From: Chthoniobacter flavus
Lineage (GTDB): Bacteria > Verrucomicrobiota > Verrucomicrobiia > Chthoniobacterales > JACTMZ01
Assembly: GCA_945871065.1 (NCBI GenBank)
Contig: CAMBUL010000001.1
Coordinates: 41,666 to 105,665 of the forward strand
Direction: 5' to 3'
Length of the DNA stretch: 64,000 nt
In this document: piece by piece, positions 27,472 to 35,800 of the stretch
Numbering within the stretch: position 1 is the stretch's first letter
How the letters are laid out: the number at the start of each line of letters is the position of its first letter
Position numbers and translations under genes: made by a program
The notes under the pieces: generated by a model
What the model saw: the letters and a program-made list of their open reading frames with translations, nothing else
What the model was told of the DNA's origin: nothing
Databases searched by the model: none

Positions 27472-29280
27472 ATGAGATCATCGCGTCGCAGAAATGAATT
27501 GCTTCGCCACCCAGTGTCAGGCATGGATCGCGGAGTTGGCTTTCTTCCCGTGATCCGCCGCGTCTTATTTTTTATCCTTCTGCTCTCCATGCCCGCGCGG
27601 GCCGGGGAGCAAGTGGTCTGGGAACCGGCGCAGATTCTCGATGCCGAGCAGATCGCGGAATCGGGGGCGTTTGTCCCGCTGGCCATTCCCACTTTCTTCG
27701 ACAACTTCCGCTATCCGTTTTTGCAGGATGATGGGTCGGTGGTCTTCATTGCTAACGACGAGGGAAGCGAGGGCTTGGGGCGCGAAGGAATTTTCTGCAT
27801 CGGCAGGAATGGCGAAGTGAGCAAGCTGATCGAGGTTGGCGACTATTTTTACGGCACGGGATTGCGGCTGACCGGGGTGTCGGGATTGCGGGTAGATGGG
27901 GGCCGGGCCGTGTTCCGCTGTGGAGCGGACGACGGCAGCGCCGGGGTGGGGATGTGGGAGGATGGCCGTTTGTTCCTGCTCGCGCAGACCGGGGAAGCGG
28001 GCGGCTTGGGCACCATCGGTTATCCCGGATTTGCCGGCAATACCGTGACCTTTTATGCGGAGGACGCTGGGGAGAGCGGGGCGGTTTACGCGGTGGACCT
28101 CGCCGCGTTCCCGCGCGTGCCGCGCAAACTGGTCGACACCACGACGACGATTCCGGGAAGCGAGGGAAAGCTATTCGGAAGTTTCGGATTCCAGCAGGAG
28201 GCGGAGGATGGGGTGTCCGTTTTTCGCGGTTTTGCGGTGGGTGCGCGCGAACTGCTGCAATTCACCGGCGGAAACGAACAGGCCTTGGGCGGAGTTTTCC
28301 GTCAGAACATCCGCGAGGAGGGGGAGCCCGAGAGGAAGCCCGAGAAGATCCTCGACACACTGGCTCCGCTGCCCGGCGGGCCGCCGGGCGCGACCTTCGG
28401 CGAACTGCAGAACGCCATTCCGCACGACGGCACCGTGCTGGTGCCTTCTTGGACGCGCGACCACAGCGGCCTTTATTATGTCGGGCGCGATGGCCAACCG
28501 CGGCTGGTGGCCGACACGAACACGCGGATTCCGGAGTTGTTCGACGGAAATTTCACCCGCTTCGACAAGTGGGCGGCGAACTGTGCACCGTGGGTGATTT
28601 TTATCGCGGAAGCCGGTTCCTACCGGGGTCTCTTCGCCATGCACATGGAGCGCAACGAACTTTTCCTCCTCCTCGACAATCGCACCGAGTTGGGCGGCAA
28701 GACGGTGTCCAACTTCGAACTGGGTTCCCGTCCGAAACTCGGCGACAACATGGTCATGGCCATCGAATTCACCGATGGCAGCTCCGGAGTGTATCTGTTG
28801 AAGTTCGGTGACGGATGGGGAAAAGCCATTTTCCGCCGCGGCGCCGGGATGGCCGCGGAATTGGTCGAGGAAGGGTCCTTCCGCATGATCGGGAACTCGA
28901 CCACGTACACGGCTCCCGATGCCGCGACGGGTGAAACCAACAAGGTGGACGAAGCAGAATTGATCCAAAACGCAGCGGTTTTCCCTGCGATCAAAGGACT
29001 GAATTTCGGCTACCGCTATGTCCTGCGCTCGCCTGGAGAAGACCGTTGTGATGTTGGCGGATTCGACATGTTCGTTGTCCATCCCCCGATGAAAGGACCG
29101 GATGGCAAGGTGCACACCCACTCGACCATCCCGATGAAAGTCTGCTTCAAGGACGGAAAAGCCGAGGATTTCGTCATTTATTCCCTCGAGGAGAATATCG
29201 AAGTCCTCCCGGGCCAATGGATTCTCCAGGTCCGCAAGGACCATGAGGTCTTGCTTTCGCGGTCCTTCACCCTTCTTTAA
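27472..29280 (+). CDS. Secreted beta-propeller-like protein (NxxGxxAF-type repeats) with DUF3859-like C-terminal domain
   Basis: Signal 'VIRRVLFFILLLSMPARA'. Recurring 'DDGSVVFIA', 'VDGGRAVFRC', 'AGNTVTFYA', 'EDGVSVFRG'. C-terminus 'GLNFGYRYVLRS...VLPGQWILQVRKDHEVLLSRSFTLL'. Domain names are from memory, not searched. Confidence 0.5.
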   Translation: MRSSRRRNELLRHPVSGMDRGVGFLPVIRRVLFFILLLSMPARAGEQVVWEPAQILDAEQIAESGAFVPLAIPTFFDNFRYPFLQDDGSVVFIANDEGSEGLGREGIFCIGRNGEVSKLIEVGDYFYGTGLRLTGVSGLRVDGGRAVFRCGADDGSAGVGMWEDGRLFLLAQTGEAGGLGTIGYPGFAGNTVTFYAEDAGESGAVYAVDLAAFPRVPRKLVDTTTTIPGSEGKLFGSFGFQQEAEDGVSVFRGFAVGARELLQFTGGNEQALGGVFRQNIREEGEPERKPEKILDTLAPLPGGPPGATFGELQNAIPHDGTVLVPSWTRDHSGLYYVGRDGQPRLVADTNTRIPELFDGNFTRFDKWAANCAPWVIFIAEAGSYRGLFAMHMERNELFLLLDNRTELGGKTVSNFELGSRPKLGDNMVMAIEFTDGSSGVYLLKFGDGWGKAIFRRGAGMAAELVEEGSFRMIGNSTTYTAPDAATGETNKVDEAELIQNAAVFPAIKGLNFGYRYVLRSPGEDRCDVGGFDMFVVHPPMKGPDGKVHTHSTIPMKVCFKDGKAEDFVIYSLEENIEVLPGQWILQVRKDHEVLLSRSFTLL

Positions 29281-29342
29281 ACGGCGGCTTCCCCGGTTTT
29301 GAAAAGGCAAGACGCCGGCCGACCCTGTGCTAAAGTTAAGGT

Positions 29343-30710
29343 ATGCCTTCGATAGATTTAGTTTGTCCGGTGCCCGGGCCGAGGAGCCGGGCGGTGTTTG
29401 CCGAGCGGGTCAAGCACGTGGCGCCGGGGCCTTTTCATACCACGCCGATTGTCGCGGAGCGGGCGGAGGGGGCGACGATCACCGATGTGGATGGCAATAC
29501 ATTTTTGGATTTTTCCTGCGGGATCGGGGTGGCGAATTTGGGGCATAGCGAACCGTCGGTCGTGGCGGCGGTCAAGGCGCAGGCCGATAAATTTTTCCAC
29601 ACAAGCATCAATGTGGTGGCCTACGAGGGCTATGTGGACGTGGCGAGGCGGCTCAATGAGCGGGCGCCTGGGGATTTTGCCAAGAAAACGTTTCTGGCCA
29701 GCTCGGGGGCGGAGGCGGTGGAAAATGCAATCAAGTTTGCCCGCGCTTACACTAAGCGCCAAGCGGTGATTTGTTTTGAGCACGCCTTTCATGGGCGCAC
29801 CTATATGGCGATGGCTTTGACCGGGAAGGCGAATCCTTACAAGAGTGGGTTCGGTCCGTTTCCGGCGGAAATTTATCGCGCTCCGTTCCCGGATTTTTAC
29901 CGCTGGCCGGGGGTGGACGGCGAGGCGCCGGTTTGTCCGGGGAAGTTGCCTTGTTCGCTGTCGCGGTGTTTGTGCTCTGAGGCCTTCGCGCGGTTCACCG
30001 AAATCGCCCAGGCCGACATCGGTGAGACGAATGTGGCGGCGGTGATTATCGAACCGGTGACCGGCGAGGGCGGGTTCATCCCGGTGCCGGCCCCGTTTTT
30101 GCGCATGCTTCGCGAATGGTGCGACCAGCATGGCGTGGTGCTGATTTTCGACGAGATCCAGACGGGCTTCGGTCGGACCGGAACGCTTTTCGCTTGTCAG
30201 CAATCCGGGGTGGCGCCGGATTTGCTCGTCTTGGCCAAGGGTTTGGCCAACGGGCTGCCACTCTCCGCGGTGGTGGGTAAAGCGGAGGTGATCGATGCGG
30301 TCGGGGTTGGGGGCGTGGGCGGAACCTACGCCGGAAATCCGGTGGCCTGTGCGGCGGCGCTCGCGGTGATGGACAAATTCGACCGTCCGGAGACTCTGGA
30401 GCATGCGCGCCAGCTTGGGAGACTCTTGCAAGACCGGTTGGAGTCTTGGTGCAAGAAATTCCCCAAAATCGGACAGGTGCGGGGTCTTGGTCCGATGCGG
30501 GCGATGGAATTGGTCAAGGACCGGGCGACGAAAGAACCGGACAAGCCGGCGGCGGCCGCCTTGGTGAAGCACAACTACGAAAACGGGGTGATTACTTTGT
30601 CCTGCGGGACGCACGGCAATGTGTTGCGCTTTTTGATTCCGCTCATCGCGACGAAGGAACAACTGAACGAAGGGTTGGATGTGATCGAGGTGGGGTTGGC
30701 TAAGCTTTGA
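29343..30710 (+). CDS. gabT: Class-III aminotransferase, 4-aminobutyrate aminotransferase-like
   Basis: 'FLDFSCGIGVANLGH', 'SGAEAVENAIKFAR', 'DEIQTGFGRTG' and PLP-Lys context 'LLVLAKGLANG'. Confidence 0.8.
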   Translation: MPSIDLVCPVPGPRSRAVFAERVKHVAPGPFHTTPIVAERAEGATITDVDGNTFLDFSCGIGVANLGHSEPSVVAAVKAQADKFFHTSINVVAYEGYVDVARRLNERAPGDFAKKTFLASSGAEAVENAIKFARAYTKRQAVICFEHAFHGRTYMAMALTGKANPYKSGFGPFPAEIYRAPFPDFYRWPGVDGEAPVCPGKLPCSLSRCLCSEAFARFTEIAQADIGETNVAAVIIEPVTGEGGFIPVPAPFLRMLREWCDQHGVVLIFDEIQTGFGRTGTLFACQQSGVAPDLLVLAKGLANGLPLSAVVGKAEVIDAVGVGGVGGTYAGNPVACAAALAVMDKFDRPETLEHARQLGRLLQDRLESWCKKFPKIGQVRGLGPMRAMELVKDRATKEPDKPAAAALVKHNYENGVITLSCGTHGNVLRFLIPLIATKEQLNEGLDVIEVGLAKL

Positions 30711-30953
30711 CCCCATGGAAGCGCGCAGTATCGAAACTGGACGATATCAACGAATTGCAACGCGGTGAAAAAGGCCGTGGATAAAATCGAACCGGATTGG
30801 CATTGGGGCACCCCGGAGGGCAGCCGTGAGTTCGATCGTTTGGTCGATCGCAGCATTACCTTTCGTGAGACGCTCGGATGGCTCGAGAAAGCGGAGACGC
30901 TCACTTTGCGGATGGCGGCCGGGGTTTGCGAGTGAGCGAAGGATCAACCGTCT

Positions 30954-31370
30954 TTAGGCGACCAGTGAATCCGCGCGGATGATTTGCAAGCGCGCGTGGC
31001 GGTCGTTCCAGCCGGTGATTTGACGGTCGGCGGTGATCAAGGGCACGCCGAGGACGAGCGCCGTCGCGACGATGAGGCGGTCGGCGGGGTCGCCGTGGAA
31101 ATCTTGTAAACGACAGCTTTCGAGGCTGATCTCGGGATGGAGCGGTTCGAGGCGGACCGGAGGTTGGAGATTTTCGCGGATCCACCGGTCCACATCGGGC
31201 TTCAATTCGAGGCGGCCTTTGGAGGCCAGCATGGCCACCTCCCAGACGGAAATCGCCGGGACAATCGAGGTGCCGCGGAAATTTCGCAAGGCCCCGAGTT
31301 GCGGGTCACCCGCGGACGCGCGCAGCCAGATGTGCGTGTCGAAAACGGCCGCAGCGGTCTTCTCAAGCAT
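30954..31370 (-). CDS. vapC: PIN-domain toxin (VapC family)
   Basis: 'AVFDTHIW', 'SVWEVAML', 'DPADRLIVATAL' and 'LITADRQI' PIN motifs. ATG 31370 ('MLEKTAAAVFD') chosen. Confidence 0.75.
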   Translation of the reverse strand: MLEKTAAAVFDTHIWLRASAGDPQLGALRNFRGTSIVPAISVWEVAMLASKGRLELKPDVDRWIRENLQPPVRLEPLHPEISLESCRLQDFHGDPADRLIVATALVLGVPLITADRQITGWNDRHARLQIIRADSLVA

Positions 31371-31587
31371 CGGCTTGCCAAGTTTCGCCCGTGGCGAGGG
31401 CATCGTCGTGCAGGGTCATGGTGCCGGACGCCCGTCCGAAAAAAAGGGGCGCGGGTGCCTTCTCGACCGCGACCAATTCAACGGCCGGTTGTCCGTGACG
31501 ACTGACCACGATGGAGCACTTCTCGCGTTGCACCTTCTCGATCAGGCTGAGGCACTTGGCTTTGAATTGGGTGACGGTCACCTGCAT
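31363..31587 (-). CDS. Phd/YefM-type antitoxin
   Basis: 'MQVTVTQFKAKCLSLIEKVQREKCSIVVSRHGQPAVELV'. 8-nt overlap with the toxin start. Confidence 0.65.
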   Translation of the reverse strand: MQVTVTQFKAKCLSLIEKVQREKCSIVVSRHGQPAVELVAVEKAPAPLFFGRASGTMTLHDDALATGETWQADA

Positions 31588-31590
31588 AAA

Positions 31591-31610
31591 ATGACCATGA
31601 TATGACCATG
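31591..31610. promoter_or_regulatory. Direct repeat ATGACCATG-at-ATGACCATG, 4 nt upstream of the antitoxin start codon
   Basis: Read directly. 11-nt period. Candidate antitoxin operator. Confidence 0.35.
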
Positions 31611-31616
31611 GTTGTT

Positions 31617-31632
31617 TGTCAATCGTATGACA
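31617..31632. promoter_or_regulatory. Inverted repeat TGTCA-atcgta-TGACA in the TA / dinB-dnaE2 divergent region
   Basis: Read directly. Perfect 5-bp arms. Confidence 0.35.
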
Positions 31633-31644
31633 GACTAAAACTAG

Positions 31645-31658
31645 TGAACATTTGAACA
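31645..31658. promoter_or_regulatory. Direct repeat TGAACA-tt-TGAACA about 40 nt upstream of the dinB-dnaE2 start
   Basis: Read directly. It contains GAACA half-sites but not a palindromic arrangement. Confidence 0.3.
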
Positions 31659-31696
31659 GTAGTCAGGTTTCGTGCTAAATCTGTGGGGTGAAGCGG

Positions 31697-32860
31697 ATGG
31701 AACAGCGGGCGGCGGTCCATTTGGATGCGGATGCCTTTTTTGTCGGATGCGAGGTGGCGTCCGAGCCCCGCTTGCGCGGGAAGGCGGTTGCGGTGGGGGG
31801 GATGAAGCGGGGGATTATTGCTTCGGCCAGTTATGAGGCGCGCAAGCTGGGGGTTTACACCCCGATGCCGACGGCGCGGGCCTTGAAGATTTGTCCGTAC
31901 CTCATCGTGCTGCCGGGGGATTATGAGAAGTATGAACATTTTTCGCGGCTGATGTTTTCCTTGGTCCACGATTACACACCGGTCGTGGAGGTGGGGTCGA
32001 TCGACGAGGGCTACGGGGATTTGTCGGGGGTGACAAAATGGAGTCCGCGCACGGCGGCGGAGCGCTTGCGGCGCAATATCCGCGAGCATTTGCGTTTGTC
32101 GGTCTCGCAGGGGCTGGGGACGAACAAGCTGATCTCGGCCGTGGCTTCGAAGTTGCGCAAGCCGGATAATTTTCTCGAGGTGCCGGCGGGGACGGAGCGG
32201 GAATTTCTCGCGCCGCTCGAGGTGAAATGGCTGCCGGGGGTGGGGGCGAAGATGGAGGGCATATTCCAAGCGGCGGGTTTGCACCGCATCGCGCAAGTGG
32301 CGGAGACGACGGTGGAGAGTTTGGAATTGATCGCGGGCTCGGGGGCGGGGCGGTTGCGGCAATTTGCCCAGGGCATCGACGAGCGTCCGATCGTGACCGA
32401 GCGTGAAGATGCCCAGTCTTACGGGAAGCAGGAGACGTTCGACGAGGACACGACGGATGAAGAATTTGTGCGGCGCGTGCTGCGCGGGATGGCGGATCAT
32501 TTGATGGCCAAGGTGCGGTCCGACGGGAAGATGACCCGGTGTGTCGAGGTGCGGTTGCGTTACAATGACATGGAGCAAAGCCGGCGGAGCGAGAGCCTCG
32601 AGGAGCCAACGGATTTGGAGACGGACGTTTACGGGGTGATCGATCGGCTGGTGCGGCGGGCCTGGGACCGGCGGGTCAGTTTGCGTTTGGTCGGGTTGAA
32701 ATTGTCGCGGGTTTATGACGGCGGCGGGTGGCGTCAGACGGGGCTGGATTTGCCGGGCACGGGCTATGAGCGGGAGACGCGGCGGGTCTTGGCGCGGGTC
32801 ATGGATGAGGCGCGGGTGAAATACGGCGCCGGGAGTGTGGTCAGGGGGCATCAGATTAAA
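31697..32860 (+). other. dinB: DinB (Pol IV) module of the fused ORF
   Basis: Catalytic Asp/Asp/Glu retained ('DADAFF', 'SIDEGY'). The usual C-terminal tail '...VKYGAGSVVRG' ends here. Confidence 0.8.
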
Positions 32861-35800
32861 AGTGTTCAGTGTTCCGTTGGCCGTGTTCAGAAAGAGGCTG
32901 GGACGAGCGGCTCGCTTATCCGTGCGGTGAAGAGCGGACACGTGGGCCGCGTGTCCCTTCCTGCCCTAAATGTGAAAAGTTGCTTTAGCTTTATGGATTC
33001 GTTGCTCCGGCCGGGGGACATTGTGCGGATGGCGGGGGAGCGGGGGATGAAGGCGGTGGCGATGACCGATCCGAATTTGCACGGGGCGGTGGAGTTTTGT
33101 GCCGCGGCGAAGGAAGCGGGGATCCAGCCGATCGTGGGGGCGGAGGTGAAGGTGGGGGGGATGAGGTATTTGGCCTATGTCGAGAATGCCGCGGGTTACC
33201 GGCATTTGTGCGGTCTGCTCAGTGGGACGAATAAGGATGTGCTGGAGGGATTGATCCTGCGGCCGGTCACGGCGTTTCCGGAGGTGCGGTATGCGGCGAC
33301 GCGGGAGGCGAAATTTTATGAGGTCGTGCAGAGTATCCGGACTTTGTCCTTGGCGGGGCAGATGCAGGGGGGAAAGCGGCGGGGGGATTTTTCGTGGGGG
33401 CGGGAGATGAAGGCGTCGCCGGGGATGATGCGAGATGCGGAGGAGATGGCCGAACGGTGCGAGTTTGTCTTGCCGATCGGCGGATTGAAGTTTCCGCGGT
33501 TTGCCCCGCCGGATGGATCTTTGCCGCGGGAGTTTTTAGCTCGGTTGGCCCGCGAGGGAATGAAGTGGCGTTACGGGGCGGCGCCGTCCGACGGGGTGCG
33601 GCGTCAGGTGGAAGAGGAATTGCGCATCATCGGCGAGGTGGGCTATGAGGAATATTTTCTGGTCGTCTGGGATTTGCTCCAGCTTTGCCGGGAGCGCGGG
33701 ATTGAATGGATCACGCGGGGCAGCGCGGCGGATTCGCTGGTCTGTTATTGCCTTGGGATCAGCACGGTGTGTCCGGTGCGGTTTGAATTGTATTTCCGGC
33801 GCTTTCTCAATCCGGAACGGATGAAGCTGCAGAAGTTGCCGGATATCGACCTTGATTTTCCCCATGACCGGCGGGACGAGGTGGTGGATATTATCTTTGC
33901 CCGATACGGGCCTCACCATGCGGCCGTGGTGGGGGGATTCAACACGTACCAAGGTCGTTCCGCTTTTGCCGATATCGCCAAAGCGCTGGGGGTTTCCGAA
34001 CTCCAGATCCGGCGCATGACGGAAAAATTGCCGCACACTTCGGCTCATGATGTGGCCGAGGTGGCACGGGACGGGGTGGAATCGGGTGGTTTGGGGTGGG
34101 AGGAGAATCCTTACCGGGCGGCGCTAAAGTTGGCGGCGCGGCTCGACGGGTTCCCGCGGCATGCCAAGATGCATCCCTGCGGTGTGGTTATTTCACGCGA
34201 ACCGGTGGGGGAATTGACACCGTTGTTCACCAGCGCAAGCGGGCGATTGACCACGCAATTCGAGATGGAAGCGGTCGAGGCGATGGGGTTGGTCAAGCTC
34301 GATATTCTTGCGCAGGGCGGGCTTTCTGTGCTTCGCGACGCGCGTGCGGCATTACGCGCCCGCGGATTCGATCCGCCGGAGCCCGGGGCATGGGATGATC
34401 CGCAGGTGTGGCGGATGATTGCCGAGGGCGAGGCCCGCGGGGCGCATCATATCGAGAGTCCGGCTATGACATCTTTGGCCCGGAGGTCCGGGGTCCGGGC
34501 CATCGACCAGTTGATCGCTATTGTCTCAGTCATCCGTCCGGGCGCGGCTAACAGCCTGCGCAAGGAACAGTTCGCGCGGCGCGCGCGCGGCGAGGAGCCG
34601 GTGACCTATATCCATCCGAGCTTGGAACAGGTCTTGCGTTCGACCTATGGCGTGGTCGCTTACGAAGAGCATGTGCTGCAAATTTGCGAGGTGTTCGCCG
34701 GATGGGATGCGGGGCGGGCGGACCAATTGCGGCGCTTGCTGGTGAAAAACCGGATGGCGCAGGTGGATTCGTGGCGCGAAGAATTCGCCGCGGCCGCGCG
34801 GGTTGCTGGGCGCGCGGAAGACGAGATTGCGGACGTGTGGGACTTGCTCATGAAGTTCCGCGGGTATGCCTTTTGCCGGGCTCATTCGACCGCTTACGGT
34901 TTGGAGGCTTACGAAGCGGCGCAGTTGAAACGGTATTGGCCGGCGGAATTTCTGGCCTCCGTGCTGACCCACGGGAAGGGATTTTACTCCCGGTTGTTTT
35001 ATACGATCGAGGCGCGGCGGCTGGGGGTTTTGTTCGGGAGGCCGGATATCAACGGGGAGACAACGAAGTTTTCCGTTGGCCGTGTTCGGTGTCCAGTGAG
35101 CCGGAGAAAAACTGCCGAAGGCGCGGCGGGTGGGAGAATTCAAGTGCCATTGGGTATGATCAAGGGATTGTCGGAAGGATTGTTGCGGAGAATCGGGGAA
35201 AGACGGCCCTTTGTTTCATTGGCGGATTTTTGGCGGCGTTGCGCGCCGCAGGCGGATGAAGCGTCGGCTTTATTGAGGGTGGGGGCGTTTGACGCGTTCG
35301 GGCCATCGCGCACGGAGATGTTTTGGGAATTGCGTGCCTTGGCGCCCTGCGTGACGGGACAAGGTCTGCTTTTGGAGGCGCGGGGTGCGGTGTTGCCGGA
35401 CTGCAGGACGGAGCCGGGACGGCTGGAAAAGTTGCGCGATGAAATGGAACTGCTTGGCTTTCCGGTCAATGGACATCCGGTGGAGCTTTGGCCGGAGGTG
35501 GGATGGGAGACCTATTGTCCGGTCGGCGAGGTGCGGAAGTTTGCGGGTCAACGGGTCACGACGTGCGGGTTGGTTGTGGCGCAGCGGTTGCACCGTCAGT
35601 CGGACGGGCGCACCATGAAATTCATCAGCATTTGCGACCGCACCGATATCATCGAGTGCGAGATTTTCGCGGAGGTTTACCGCCGCTGCGGCGGCGTGCT
35701 GGCCCGGTGGCCGGTGGTCGAGGTGACGGGGAAGGTGGAGACCCCGGGCGGACGCGGTGGCGTGCTGCGGGTGGAGGAAGTGCGGCGGGCGCGGGAGCTT

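Noticed and set aside
29358-30716. 452-aa ORF antisense to gabT
   Set aside because: Arg/Pro/His-rich low-complexity translation exactly shadowing a gene with clear class-III aminotransferase motifs. This is a typical high-GC antisense artefact.
30776-30784. CGTGGATAA, an 8/9 match to the DnaA box complement (TGTGGATAA)
   Set aside because: It is a single imperfect box with no cluster, no AT-rich unwinding element and no dnaA/dnaN nearby.
31619-32941. 440-aa ORF antisense to the DinB module
   Set aside because: Same shadow-ORF character (P/R/H-rich, no motifs). The sense strand has unambiguous Y-family polymerase motifs.
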